Notes: a model not told the origin generated them from the sequence alone. Positions 1 through 11,496 are shown, counted from the stretch's first letter. The stretch is DNA of 64,000 nucleotides from Candidatus Binatia bacterium (GCA_963664015.2 CAXXLF010000002.1:1856001-1920000), one strand, 5' to 3'. Numbers and translations are program-made.

Positions 1-1205
1 GCCGGGTCTTCGATCTCTGCAACGGGTGCCGGCGTTGTTACAATCTCTGCCCGTCCTTTAACGATCTGTTCGAACGCCTGGACAGTGAGTCGGTCGATGG
101 CGAGGCAGACAAGCTTGAGAGCCCAGACCTTAGAAGCGTTACCGACTTCTGCTATCAGTGCAAGCTGTGCTATAACCACTGCCCTTATACTCCTCCCCAC
201 CGATGGGAGATCGATTTCCCGCGCCTCATGTTGCGTTCAAAGGCCGGACAGGTCAAGCGAGACGGGCAATCGTTCCAGGACGCCTTTCTCGGTCAGGTTG
301 ACCGCGTTGGGCGCCTCGGCAGCTTCTTTGCTCCCATAGCCAATTGGGCCCTGAAGAACCCTGTCAACCGTTGGCTCATGGAAAAACTTCTGGGGCTGCA
401 CCGCAAGAGGTTGCTCCCTGCCTACGCCAGCGAGACCTTTCGCCGCTGGTTTGACCGGCGAAAGGTCACAACCGGATCAGGTGATGGGAAGAAGGTTGCC
501 CTATTTTATACTTGCAGCGTGAATTACAATGAGCCAGAAACCGGAAAGGCCTGCGTCCAGGTGTTGGAAAGGAATCGATGTCAGGTAGCCTGTCCCCAGC
601 AACAGTGCTGCGGCATGCCTTTTCTCGACGGCGGGGATGTGGAGGCAGCCAAGACCAGTGCCCGCGCCAACGTCGCTTCCCTCCACGCCCTGGTTCGGGA
701 GGGCTACGACATTGTTGTTCCCGGCCCGACCTGTAGTTTTACGATCAAGCAAGAATATCCTCTGCTTTTTCCCGGGGAAGAATCCCGAAAGGTCGCAGAG
801 AGGACCTTCGATGTCTGCGAGTACCTCATGAGTCTACACGGTGAGGGAAAGCTCGACACCGGATTCACCAAGGGTATGGGACAACTGGCCTACCAGATGC
901 CTTGTCATCTCCGGGCGCAAAACATGGGTTATAAATCTCGTGACCTGATGGAGCTGATCCCCGACACCCAAGTCCACTTGATGGAGAAGTGTGCGGCCAT
1001 TGATGGCACCTGGGGTCTGAAACAACAGTACTTTGATCTCTCATTGAAGGTTGCCAAGTCGCTGTTGGACGAGATTCAGGAGAAGCGGCCCGATCTCACG
1101 GTTTCCGACTGTCCCCTGGCGGGACTCCAGATCGAGCAGGGAACGGGGAGAAAGTCGCTGCACCCGGTCCGGGTCCTGGCCAAGGCCTATGGCCTTGATG
1201 GGTGA
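1..1205 (+). CDS. Fe-S oxidoreductase, GlpC/HdrD-like (4Fe-4S dicluster plus CCG domains); 5' partial
   Basis: The frame of ORF 228..1205 is open from position 3: RVFDLCNGCRRCYNLCPSF (CxxCxxCxxxCP), later CYQCKLCYNHCP, QCCGMP and MPCHLRAQ. Confidence 0.85.
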   Translation, partial: RVFDLCNGCRRCYNLCPSFNDLFERLDSESVDGEADKLESPDLRSVTDFCYQCKLCYNHCPYTPPHRWEIDFPRLMLRSKAGQVKRDGQSFQDAFLGQVDRVGRLGSFFAPIANWALKNPVNRWLMEKLLGLHRKRLLPAYASETFRRWFDRRKVTTGSGDGKKVALFYTCSVNYNEPETGKACVQVLERNRCQVACPQQQCCGMPFLDGGDVEAAKTSARANVASLHALVREGYDIVVPGPTCSFTIKQEYPLLFPGEESRKVAERTFDVCEYLMSLHGEGKLDTGFTKGMGQLAYQMPCHLRAQNMGYKSRDLMELIPDTQVHLMEKCAAIDGTWGLKQQYFDLSLKVAKSLLDEIQEKRPDLTVSDCPLAGLQIEQGTGRKSLHPVRVLAKAYGLDG

Positions 1206-1211
1206 GCAAGT

Positions 1212-1793
1212 ATGAAAAAGATTGGACTGGATGACATTCAGGGTCTGGCCGCTTACGAGAATATCCGTGAGGAGTTCCGCCGGGAGATCATTGAGCTCAA
1301 GAAAAAGCGACGGGTTGCGGTGGGAGCACAGGTTACACTGGTTTTCGAAAATCGTAAGACCGTCATTTTTCAGATCCAGGAGATGCTCCGAGCGGAACGG
1401 ATTAAGGACCTAGACAAGATTCGAGAAGAAGTTGAGGTATATAACGGTCTCATCCCCGATGGGGGTGAACTCAGCGCAACCCTACTGCTGGAAATCGAAG
1501 ACCAAACCCACATTAGAGAGGAGCTGCTAAAATTCCTGGGTCTCGATGAGGCTGTCTTTATCCAGGTGGGTGTTGGACCGCCTATTCGTGCGCGCTTTGA
1601 GGAGGGGCACAGCAAGGAGGACAAGATCAGTGCGGTGCAGTATGTGAGGTTTTCTCTCGATCCCGGCCTCATTCAGGCCATGGTCGAGAAGAAAGACCGC
1701 ACACGATTGTTTATTGATCATCCCCATTACAAAGCGGAGACGACTCTGACTCCCGAATCCCAGCAATCCTTGGCAGAAGACCTCATGGTCTAG
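1212..1793 (+). CDS. DUF3501 family protein
   Basis: Motifs TLVFENRKTVIFQIQEMLRAE, YNGLIP, LSATLLLE and KISAVQYVRF; follows the Fe-S oxidoreductase as in rubrerythrin clusters. Confidence 0.8.
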   Translation: MKKIGLDDIQGLAAYENIREEFRREIIELKKKRRVAVGAQVTLVFENRKTVIFQIQEMLRAERIKDLDKIREEVEVYNGLIPDGGELSATLLLEIEDQTHIREELLKFLGLDEAVFIQVGVGPPIRARFEEGHSKEDKISAVQYVRFSLDPGLIQAMVEKKDRTRLFIDHPHYKAETTLTPESQQSLAEDLMV

Positions 1794-1801
1794 AGGAATC
1801 C

Positions 1802-2185
1802 ATGGCCAAGAATATCCGCAGGCATACCAAGCAGCTCGATTTAATTTGGAACGAAATCTCCCACGATACCTCGCATCCGACGGCAGACCAAATATACGAG
1901 AGGGTAAAGAAAAAAATCCCCAATATTAGCCTGGGAACGGTCTATCGCAATCTCCAGAAACTGGAGGCCGAGGGACAGCTCCAGGTCCTGACCCTCGATC
2001 GGACTCAGCATTTCGATCCCCTCGTGGATCGGCACCACCATTTCATCTGCAAGAGCTGCTGGCGGGTCTACGATGTCTTTGCTGATGGCGAGCAGGAGGC
2101 CCGGCCATCCTGTCCATCCCCCAAAGGGTTCACCGTGACCTCCCGTCAGTCGTCTTGGTATGGCACGTGTCAATCGTGCTCGTGA
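1802..2185 (+). CDS. Fur/PerR family transcriptional repressor
   Basis: HPTADQIY, ISLGTVYRNL, HHHFICKSC and C-terminal CQSC motifs. Confidence 0.9.
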   Translation: MAKNIRRHTKQLDLIWNEISHDTSHPTADQIYERVKKKIPNISLGTVYRNLQKLEAEGQLQVLTLDRTQHFDPLVDRHHHFICKSCWRVYDVFADGEQEARPSCPSPKGFTVTSRQSSWYGTCQSCS

Positions 2186-2285
2186 ATCTGAGGGGCTGAG
2201 TCCAATGGAATGGGTGTTCCCGGCACGCGCTATTGGAATACCAGGTGAATTGAATAGACGATTCTTTCGTGTAAAAGGGAGCTAG

Positions 2286-2848
2286 ATGGAAGCCACCGAT
2301 CTTCCCTCCGATTCCCAGAAAAAACTCCTGAGGCTTTCTCGTCAGGTCCTGGAGCATATCGTTTGCGGGGTGGAGGGGCCGCCCGATCAGGGCGGGAATA
2401 CCCTTATCTATTGAGTTCCCGCTATGGTTCCTTTGTCTCTCTGCACAAGGACGCCGAGCTCAGAGGCTGCATCGGCACCTGTGATTCCACGGGTCCCCTA
2501 TATGAAACAGTCATTGAGATGACACAGGCTGCGGCCACTCAGGACAAGCGCTTCTCTCCCATCACATCCGACGAAATTAGTCAGATCCGTCTCGAAATCT
2601 CTATACTCTCGACCCTCGAACCTGTGACTGAGATTCATTCGCTAAAAGTCGGTGTCCATGGCCTACATGTGAGTTGCGGGGAAAAGAGGGGAGTGCTCCT
2701 GCCGCAGGTGGCCACCGAATATGGGTGGGACATGGAAACATTCCTCGGCCAGGTTTGTCTCAAGGCCAAGCTCAACCAGGAGGCCTGGAGGTCCCCTGGC
2801 ACGCGGACGTCGTGCTTTACGACTGTGGTCATAGAGGAGGAGCCATGA
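2286..2848 (+). pseudogene. AMMECR1-domain protein (AmmeMemoRadiSam protein A), frameshifted near 2395
   Basis: ATG 2286 gives MEATDLPSDSQKKLLRLSRQVLE and stops early; another frame continues FVSLHK..ELRGCIG..GVLLPQVATE..CLKA. Confidence 0.75.
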
Positions 2849-3645
2849 AGCGACGTGGATTCATCAGTTTGCTGGTGGGATCGTTCTTGCTGTCCGTGCG
2901 CGGGCCGAGGCGGGTCCAAATTCGCAGTGGCAGCCGAGGCACCTCAACTCGTTACTTTATCGAATGGTTCGGCCATTCAAGTTTTCTCATCAATCCGGAG
3001 GCGAGGGTCAAGATCGTAACGGACCCCAATTTCAATGTCACCCCTGGAATCGAAGCCGATGCGGTGACCGTGAGCAACGATCATTTCACCCACAACAATG
3101 TGGGTGCAGTGGGCGGGGATCCGCTCATCCTGAGGGGAATCACCCTGGAACAGACCTGGAATCCGATTGAAACCCGGGTGAAGTACATCCTCATCGTCAA
3201 TCTACCGAGCATGAGGAGCTCCGATTATGGCCAGGTCGCCAACTCGATCTTCATTTACGAGATGGGGAGCCTGTGCATTGCTCATCTGAGCAACATCGGC
3301 CATCTCCTGACGCCTAAGCAGGAACGTCTCATGCGCCGGGTCGATGTCATGATGACGCCTGTCGATGCCAGGTTGAACCTGGGATTTGAAGATCTAGTTC
3401 GAGTCATCAATCAGGTCAAGCCGTCGGTGGTGATTCCCATGCACTAGGATGATCCGGCCCAGGTGGAGCTCTTCGGTGGTTTTGTTCGAGATTGTTACCA
3501 GGTTCGTCAAAAAGCCGATTCCCGGCTGGTTCTCAGCCGAGCTGCGCTTCCGGCCTCCACAGAGGTCCTGGTCCTCACGCACCCGAACCCGGTTTACCCT
3601 GTTGATTCGTGGCCGTCTTATCCGGATACGGGCACAGAGAACTGA
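2845..3645 (+). pseudogene. MBL-fold metallo-hydrolase with Tat-like signal, in-frame TAG at 3445-3447
   Basis: SD GAGGAG then MKRRGFISLL; WFGHSSF and TDP motifs; VIPMH*DDP continues in frame to TGA 3645. Confidence 0.7.
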
Positions 3646-4276
3646 TCTTGCATTCGGGACAGCGCGGTCGCTTGGCCAGGCACACCCTGCGGCCGTGATA
3701 CTGGAGCAGATGACAAAATCTGACCCGCCGTTTGGCGGGAACAAGATCCATTAGATCAAACTCGATTTTGTCCGGTTGCGTATTGGGGCTAAAGCCCAGC
3801 CTTTGAGAAAGCCGCATTACATGGGTATCCACCCCGATGGCCTCCTTGTTAAAGACATTGCCCAGCAGGATATTGGCTGTCTTCCTCCCGACCCCGGGTA
3901 GGGACGTCAGATCGTCAAGATTGTCCGGGACCTTACCGGCAAAGTGCTCAACGATATCACGGCAGCAATTTTGAATGAGTCGTGCCTTGTTGCGATAGAA
4001 GTTGATCTTCTGAATTTCCTCTTCGAGCTTTGCCGGCGGGCACTTGGCATAGTCATCGGCCTTTCGAAACCTGGAAAAGAGTCCCACTGTCACTTGATTC
4101 ACCCCTGTATCCCGGGCCTGGGCCGCCAGAATGAGGGCAACGAGAAGCTCCAAGGGGGTTGAAAAATTGAGGTCCAGTTTTGCATCCGGGTGGATGCGAT
4201 CGAGCACGGTGAGAATCTTTGTCACGTTTTTCTCATCCGACAAGGGCTTGGGGTGTTTTGTCCTTGGTGTGGCCAT
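3575..4276 (-). CDS. nth: Endonuclease III
   Basis: HhH LPGVGRKTAN, VDTHV and Fe-S motif CLAKRPRCPECKISSLCP; start could be 4288. Confidence 0.93.
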   Translation of the reverse strand: MATPRTKHPKPLSDEKNVTKILTVLDRIHPDAKLDLNFSTPLELLVALILAAQARDTGVNQVTVGLFSRFRKADDYAKCPPAKLEEEIQKINFYRNKARLIQNCCRDIVEHFAGKVPDNLDDLTSLPGVGRKTANILLGNVFNKEAIGVDTHVMRLSQRLGFSPNTQPDKIEFDLMDLVPAKRRVRFCHLLQYHGRRVCLAKRPRCPECKISSLCPYPDKTATNQQGKPGSGA

Positions 4277-4333
4277 TTTCGTTTTCATATCGAATATGGT
4301 ACCAGTAGGCAAGACAATCAAAGGAGGGGATTT

Positions 4334-4852
4334 TTGGATTTACACGAGCTTAGAAAAATGACTGTCCCCAAGCTCAAGGAGCGCGCCAAGGAGATCCCCG
4401 ATCTCCAGGGTGTGGGAGGAATGAAAAAGGATGAGCTGATCGGCGCCATCGCCAAGGCTGAGGGCTTTGCCCTTGAGGCCGGTACCAAGGATCTGGGGAC
4501 AATTCGCTCGATCAAGGAACAGGTTCGCACACTACAAAAAAAGAAGGCAGATCTACAGACATCACCCCCGGATCGGTCCAATGGAGCCCGATTGAGAAAG
4601 CGGATCAGAAAGCTCAAGCGTCAAACCCGTCTGATAGCGAATGAGGCTGCACGTCAAAAGGCTGTCCAACAGGCTCAGACAGTAGCAGCCGCTGCAGCGG
4701 CTGAAGCTAAGACTAAAGCGGCAGAAGCTAAGGTTAAAGCCGCCGCAGCCGCTGCAGAAGCTGAAGCCAAAGCGGCTGCTGAGTCGGCTCCCGCGGAGAG
4801 TCCAGCACCTGCAGGAGAAGCCGCGGTTGAAGTCGGACCCACAGGGGAGTAA
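4334..4852 (+). CDS. Rho termination factor N-terminal domain protein with Ala/Pro/Glu-rich tail
   Basis: SD AAGGAGG at 4321 and TTG start; LRKMTVPKLKERAKE..GMKKDELI; low-complexity frame continues past TAA 4850-4852 to TGA 5005. Confidence 0.65.
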   Translation: MDLHELRKMTVPKLKERAKEIPDLQGVGGMKKDELIGAIAKAEGFALEAGTKDLGTIRSIKEQVRTLQKKKADLQTSPPDRSNGARLRKRIRKLKRQTRLIANEAARQKAVQQAQTVAAAAAAEAKTKAAEAKVKAAAAAAEAEAKAAAESAPAESPAPAGEAAVEVGPTGE

Positions 4853-5132
4853 GCAACAACCCCGGAAGTTAGCGCCGCACCCGAAGGTGAGGCTACGCCG
4901 AAGGAAGCAACGGTACCAGAAAGCGCTTCCCCCCCCGAAGAAAAGGCGGCACCAGCGGCTGAGGCTAAACCTGAACCGGAAACGAAACCGGCTAGCTCTA
5001 GTTGATTCCCTGACAATTTTCTAGAAACGATTTCCGATCAGTCTTTTCCCCCACCATAGTTCCCTAGTTGCCTGGCGGTTACGGTGGTGGGTGGCCCTCT
5101 TTGGATTTACTAACCTTTGTGAGTTTGAGGGT

Positions 5133-8100
5133 TTACGCTTGTTGCGTGGCCTTAGGGCTCCGGCACATCCGTGCGCGGAGGGTACCCAAAGGACCAATCT
5201 CCTCGGGTAAGCCGTTTTTATAGGCGATGGCCATACCGGAAGTCGGTGAAACCCGCGGGTTGGGAGTCAGGATACCAACAAGGTTTAACGGGTCGGTGCA
5301 CGAGATCACCACTCCCTCGTGGTCGGGGGCGGCTCGGCGCATACTTCTCAGACCTTCGACGGCTTCGGGCAAGGCGTACTGCTCCCCCACAAAGCCGCTT
5401 ACGAATCGGCCACCGCGAATTTCACCGCGCGCCTCAAGCGGGCGGTAAACCCGAAGCAGGATCCACCATGGTGGCACCGTGGTCTCCCGTACCAACAGGT
5501 CGCGAAACACCAGTCCGTAGCGATGAAGCAACTGTAGGGCTATGGCCTCGTGGATCCGCTCGGGCTCAAGGGACGGTTTGGAAGGATTACCCTTCCTCCA
5601 AAGGGACCAGCGGCCCGTAGGCATGAGCCGTGGCGGCAGCGTACGTTTCAAAGAGCCCCTCAGTCGATGCCTCTTGGTTTTCCGTTTTGACTCGGGTAAG
5701 AGCAGAGTCCGAAGCCCGGCAACACCGTCCCCGCTAACATATCCACGGGCGACGAGTTCCCACAGGGCCTCTTCCGCGGGCGCCGTCTCCGCCGCTTTGG
5801 TCCCATTCGATGCCACTCCCGGTTTTAATCTTCCCCACGCCAGGGCGCCTGCAAGACAGAGACTCTCCAGATCTGCGGGGTCGTATTGGGCGATCCGTGC
5901 CGGTAGCACCGGTTCCTCCCAGGCCGGGGTCGGGAGCTCGAGCCCTTGAAGCTGCTTGATGACTTGCGACACCTTTTCACGACCGTGGAGCTGCGTATTT
6001 GGCTCTACATGTTGCCAACGGAGCAAGAAGCGGAGGAAGTCCGCTGCGGTGACCGGTTCAATCTTACGCCGTAGTTGGCCAGGGTAAGGCGGTGGCTGCG
6101 TGCGAGGAGTCGCCGGTCACACCACTCCACTTCGGTATCCGGAAGACCACCGGGAGTGAAGTGTCCTTGCAGGACATTGCCGGAGGCTTCCAGGGCAAAG
6201 AGGGCCTCTTTAGCTATTTGGGTGGGGAGTCCGATGCGCCTGGCAAGGGTGGTTGCCGTTACCGGGCCGACCACCTCCATCCATTCTTGTACGATCAATC
6301 CGATGGCGTGCTCCGCCGGAGAGTTCTCGTCCCTATGACGAATCCCTGATGGTAAACCAGTCGGGGCCTCTATTTCCAGATCAGGGAAGACGCTACGAAC
6401 CCGATCCAGGGGCTCCGTGGCAGCGTAGCCGGAGCGCTGGGCGGACCCGTCTCCAGGGTTCCACCGGACGAGAACGGTTCGGCCCGTTGCCATGAGTTCT
6501 TCCGACCATACGATCCAGTGCCGGGCTTCTTCCAAGGGCACGATTTCCGTACCTAAGAGAAAATCATGCAGCTCATCGGCGTCGCGTATATCTGGCCACG
6601 CCTCCGAGCGCACCTGCTCGATGGCTGCACTGCTGAGTAAACCGATACCGCGGGCCAGATCGGGATCGGTCCTTCGAAGGGCCACCGCTCGCGCGCGGCG
6701 TTCCTCGAAAGGTGCCTCATCTAGAAAGGCCTACGGGTTGGGATTGAGAATCTCGTGGGCCATGGGGGAAGGTGAGGGTGTGTCCACTGCCACGGTTGCT
6801 AGCTGCCTTTGCTCGATTCGTGTGAGGATCTTGTATAGACCGTCCAGATCCATAGCCTCATGAAGGCAGTTGCCAACCGTTTCATTCACCAGAGGGTGGT
6901 CGGGAAGCTCAATCGGGCCGACACGGTTATCCTGACACATGACCTGGGCCGGAAAGACCGAGGCCAGAATGTCTTCAGCGCCCATGCGCTGGATCGCCAT
7001 GGGGACCTTTTTACCACCGCAGAAACGCTGGATGGCCAATGCCCGTGTAGCATTCCACCGCCATCGAGTGGTAAAGATCGGCGCGGCCAGTAAGGCCTGA
7101 GTCAGATCCTTCTCTGCCGTCGTCGGCAGAACATAGGAAAAGATACTCTCCATTGGATAAGGAGTGATGCTTTCCCAGCGAAATAACGATACCGTCATCT
7201 GTGGCTGCGGCCTGCAGTTCAAAATTAAAGGCGACGTAAAAGCGTTTGCGCAGTGCCAGGCCCCAGGCGCGGTTGATGTGTCCACCGAAGGGCGTGTGCA
7301 GGACGAGTTGCATGCCGCCGGATTCGTCAAAAAACCACTCGGCAACAATGCCTTCGCCTGTAGGAACGCACCCGAGCACGGCTAGAATCGCTCGGATATA
7401 GGCAGCGATCTGCTCCGCTCCCGGGTGACATACCCCCGTCTCGTTCATCAGCCAGTTTACGGCAGCGACTGTGTCATGACTCAGTTGATCCACTTCATGT
7501 CGTAGATCGGAGATCGCTTGGGATAGCTCGCGGGTACGGCCAGGCGCCTCACCGAGCCAGAAGGGGATAGTGGGAGGAGCACCTTGGGCGTCCTCGACCC
7601 AAACCTTTCCCGAAGCGACCCGATGGATACGCCATGACTGATTGCCCAGAAGAAAAATATCCTCGGACAAACTTTCAATAGCGAAGTCCTCATTGACCTT
7701 GCCAACGAAGGTTTCCTGGGGGGCCTCGATGACATCGTAGTCGGCCGTATCCGGAATAGCACCACCACCGGTGATAGCCGTGAGGCGAGCTCCTCGACGC
7801 GCACGCAACCTGCCATGTACCTGGTCGCGGTGCAGGTAAGCGCTCCTTCGTCCCGTGCGGGCGGCAACTCCCTCAGAGAGAATGGTGAGGATCTCCTCGA
7901 ATTCCCTCCGGCTCAGGTGCCGGTAGGGATAGGCTCGGCGAACCATGGACCACAGCTCCTTCTCGCCGATACCCGAGGTGAGGCCTTCTTCTTCCATCGA
8001 GGGGGAGACTCCACTGTGGTTGTTGGAGCGGCATCAGGCTGGCTACGGTGGCGACCATCTGCTGAGCCAGGATATCCAGTGGCTTTTGCGGGATCTCGAG

Positions 8101-9308
8101 ACGGTCGAGCTCGCCCATCCGAACGGCGCGAATGGCCGCAGCCGATTGAAGCAGCTCGTCGCGGGTCAGTGGATAGAGAATCCCCTTGGAAACCGCTCCG
8201 AGCCAGTGGCCCGATCGCCCCACCCATTGGAGCAGGCTTTCCAACGACCGCGGTGCCCCCAGATGACACACCAGGTCCACATGACCGATGTCGATGCCGA
8301 GTTCGAGTGAAGCCGTTGCTACGACTACAGGGACCTGGGCGTTCTTGAGCTTTTGCTCGGCTTCGAGGCGTATCTTGCGGGAGAGGCTTCCGTGGTGGGC
8401 CCGAACCTTGTCTTCTCCCAGGCGCGCGCTCAATTGATGCGAGACACGTTCGACCAAACGGCGCGTATTGACGAAGACCAACGTGGTTCGCTGGGCGTTG
8501 ATCTGACCGACAATTCGATCATAGACCTCCGCCCAGAGCTCGTGGCTGGCGATGGGTCCGAGTGCTTGTTCCGGCAGGTATATAGTCAGATCGAGATCGC
8601 GCTTGTGACCGACATCCACGATAGTACACTGGGGCGCTCCATCATTTTTGATGCGATCGTTGCCGACCAGTAGCCGTGCCACCTCTTCTATGGGCTTCTG
8701 GGTCGCGCTCAGACCAATACGCTGCAGGCGACGGCCCGTGAGGGCGTCGAGTCGCTCCATGGAAAGGCTGAGATGGGCCCCGCGCTTGTCACCGGCGACC
8801 GCATGAATCTCATCGATGATAATCGTCTCGGCAGCCTTGAGGATCTGACGGCTGTGGTGGGCGGTGAGGAGGATATACAGGGATTCGGGTGTCGTAATGA
8901 GGATGTGGGGGGGGGGCGCAGCATCAACTGGCGCTTCCGATTGGGAGTATCTCCGGACCTCACCGCCACTCGGATATCGGGGTGGAGTTCCCCCTGATGG
9001 CCCATCAAGCTCAAAATTCCTGACAGGGGTTCCTGGAGGTTTTTTTGAATATCGTTTTCCAACGCCTTGAGGGGGGAAACATAGACAACGCTGGTCTTGT
9101 CCTCGAGGCGCCCTTCAACGGCTCGCCGTATGAGCCGGTCGATGGACCAGAAAAAAGCCGCAAGCGTTTTGCCTGATCCGGTGGGCGCTGCGATTAGGGT
9201 GTCATTACCCTGAGCGATAGATTCCAAGCCAGCTTCTTGAGCTGCGGTAGCCTTGCCAAAGCGCTCAGCGAACCACTGCCAGACGAGGGGGTGAAACAGA
9301 TGATTCAT
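5133..9308 (-). pseudogene. lhr: Lhr-family DEAD/H-box helicase, multiply disrupted
   Basis: [51 protein letters not shown] and RGGRFVSGFVGEQYALP spread over five ORF segments. Frameshifts near 8910 (G10 run), 8000, 7160 and 6070; in-frame TAG at 6731; probable C-terminal deletion. Confidence 0.9.
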
Positions 9309-9426
9309 GAAACTTCCTTGCCCGAGGGATTCCAAGAGTGTAAATTCTTTAGTCCCTGTAACGCAACAGGCAGATGTAATCTAACGGTCCTATTCGGGCC
9401 CATTCAATGATTGAAAGACGACGTCC

Positions 9427-10029
9427 ATGGCGCTCATTTTCACTGCACCCATGGCAAAGCGTATGACCCCCCGGGTGCGCGGAATACTGGAGGATTCGCT
9501 GCGCTGCTTCCCCGAGCTGCAAGGGCAATCCATTACGGTGGGTTACACCCGGGGCGCCCTGGGTGTAGCCTACATGCCCATGGATGGCTCCGGTGGGTCC
9601 ATGGGCATTCGTCTAAAAGTACGTAACTTGGTCTACAACACCGTCGGCCACGAATTGACCCATCTGGTGCAGTGGTTGTCCCAAATGACCGAGGAAAAAG
9701 CTGCGACAGAAGGGCTAAGGATCCCCGGCGGGGAGAAACAATGCGATATCTGGACCCTGGCCCGAAGCGATCTCTTTTGTGACGACGCCCCGACTTATCT
9801 TAAATTGCCGCACGAAATCAGGGAGAATTGGTCACCCTATGCGGGAGCCGTCCGCTCCCTCTGCATAGCCGCCATAGAAAAACGGAAGGCCTATCGATAT
9901 TACATCCGCTGGCTGGAAGATCAGATACACCAGCTGGCATGCAAAAAGAAGCCAAAGGATACCACGGGCGTAAGCCCGGGGAGGCTTCATTCAGAAGCGC
10001 CCGTCCAAGGTTGGTTGCCGTTTGTTTAA
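9427..10029 (+). CDS. Hypothetical protein with HExxH zincin-like motif
   Basis: 200 aa ORF with VGHELTHLVQ and downstream GGEKQCD. Confidence 0.65.
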   Translation: MALIFTAPMAKRMTPRVRGILEDSLRCFPELQGQSITVGYTRGALGVAYMPMDGSGGSMGIRLKVRNLVYNTVGHELTHLVQWLSQMTEEKAATEGLRIPGGEKQCDIWTLARSDLFCDDAPTYLKLPHEIRENWSPYAGAVRSLCIAAIEKRKAYRYYIRWLEDQIHQLACKKKPKDTTGVSPGRLHSEAPVQGWLPFV

Positions 10030-10097
10030 AACCGGTGGAGCGTTATCGGTGTCCTGGGGCTGGAGGAGATTTTAGGAAGCGGGCAGGGTATTGGGGG

Positions 10098-10422
10098 TCA
10101 ACCCCGTTTCAGTTGGACGACCGTAGCTCCCCAGCCACCACGCTCCGGTTGTGCGTCTTTGAAAGAGACGATCCATGGATGTTTTTCGAGCAGGGATTGA
10201 ACCACCTATCGTTGAATCCCCTTACCGCGCCCATGAATTAGCCGGACCTCGTGGAAGCCAGCCTGGCGGCACTGCTCGAGATACTCCTCCCCCCACGCTG
10301 GGAATGTCTCTGGGGGGAAATACGTGGAGGTCGATATAATCTTCAATAGGTAGGACAACGGTATCCTCAATGGGAGCATCATCCGCATCGTATTTTTCAG
10401 GCGTTTTGCTACCTCGATTCAT
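10098..10422 (-). pseudogene. Smr/MutS2 C-terminal domain protein, frameshift plus in-frame TAG
   Basis: IDLHVFPPRD, then frameshifted EEYLEQC..VRLIHGRGKGIQR*VVQSLLEKHPWIVSF..GGWGATVVQLKRG. Confidence 0.8.
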
Positions 10423-10439
10423 TATGGCATAGGGCTAAG

Positions 10440-10786
10440 GGGAAGAGTAAGACAGTAGGCAGTTTGCAGTGGGCAGCAAGAAAGCAAAGAGCAGAGTGTC
10501 CGAACTCCTCAACCGCAGATGGACGCAGACTAAATAAAAAATCTAAAATCCGAAACTCTAAACTATTTAATTCAGTAGTTTTGAAATTAGGTATTTTGTC
10601 ATTTGCATTTATTTCGGATTTAGAATTTCGTTATTCGAATTTCTCACTCTCTTTAATATCTGCCGGCTGTCTTTCTTGGCCCCAATAACTCAGCCCTCAG
10701 CACTTTTGACTCATTACTATTCTTGCTGCTCCCTGCCATTTGCTTGCTGTTTTTCTGACCTCTGTTTTCCGACCTCTGGCTGATAG
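10440..10786. repeat. Modular palindromic intergenic element A
   Basis: AGTAAGACAGTAGGCAGTTTGCAGTGGGCAGCAAG near-identical to the reverse complement of 46302-46336; AACCGCAGATGGACGCAGA module; centre CTAAAATCCGAAA...TTTCGGATTTAG; ends CCGACCTCTGGCTGATAGCT. Confidence 0.75.
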
Positions 10787-11095
10787 CTAATCAAGATCGA
10801 TATCCTTTAAGGGCTTTGTCAGTGGCTCCTCCTTGGCTTTTTTGAGGAGTTCCTGGAATTTGTTTTCGAAGACCTTTCCCTTGCTCTTTTCCGCTTCTAC
10901 GATGTTGTGAACCTTCTCGTCCCGACGGGTGGCCTCTTCCTTGAGGAAACTGTTGGCGTCCTTCATATGGGCGACGGGTTGCGGGCGTGCCGGTTCTTTA
11001 TGACTTAAGACCGTGGCCAGTGGGGTATCGACTGTGAGAATGGACCCGCAGCAAGGACAAGTGACTTGAATTGTCGAGGCATTGTTATCGGACAT
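10787..11095 (-). CDS. Hypothetical protein with N-terminal CPCC motif and charged helix
   Basis: SD GGAGG; VTCPCCGSILTVD; ends PLKDIDLD. Confidence 0.7.
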   Translation of the reverse strand: MSDNNASTIQVTCPCCGSILTVDTPLATVLSHKEPARPQPVAHMKDANSFLKEEATRRDEKVHNIVEAEKSKGKVFENKFQELLKKAKEEPLTKPLKDIDLD

Positions 11096-11106
11096 GATGG
11101 ACCCTC

Positions 11107-11496
11107 CTATTGGGCATTGTTTCCCCTGAGTTCGATATGCTCACCATCGGGACCTTTAAACACTACCCTACGCCAGCCCGCCTCCCGGGGTTCCCGTGCC
11201 GCCGTAGGGTGGGGTGGCTGCACGACCTCCACTCCATCTCGTTCCAAGTCGGACACCGATTGGTCGAAGTTTTCCGTTTCAAGACAGAAGTGAAAGCCAA
11301 TCATGGAGCCCTCGGACCGATGTGTCAGCTCCAAGACCGTATCTCCCAATTTGAGATAGGCGATTTGAAGTCCCGCGCGCGGTTGGTTTTGGAAATATGT
11401 TTTGAAACCGAAGTGTCGTTCGTAAAATTCAACCGAACGGTCCAGATCTTTCACATGTAAGGCCATATGGTCAATTCGTTTATACATGGATTCCAA
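11107..11496 (-). CDS. VOC/glyoxalase family protein
   Basis: IDHMALHVKDLDRSVEFY, HFCLE and FKGPDGEHIEL. Confidence 0.88.
   Translation of the reverse strand: MESMYKRIDHMALHVKDLDRSVEFYERHFGFKTYFQNQPRAGLQIAYLKLGDTVLELTHRSEGSMIGFHFCLETENFDQSVSDLERDGVEVVQPPHPTAAREPREAGWRRVVFKGPDGEHIELRGNNAQ

Noticed and set aside
8907-8916. G10 tract in lhr as a phase-variation switch
   Set aside because: The gene has several other independent lesions, so tract slippage could not restore it.
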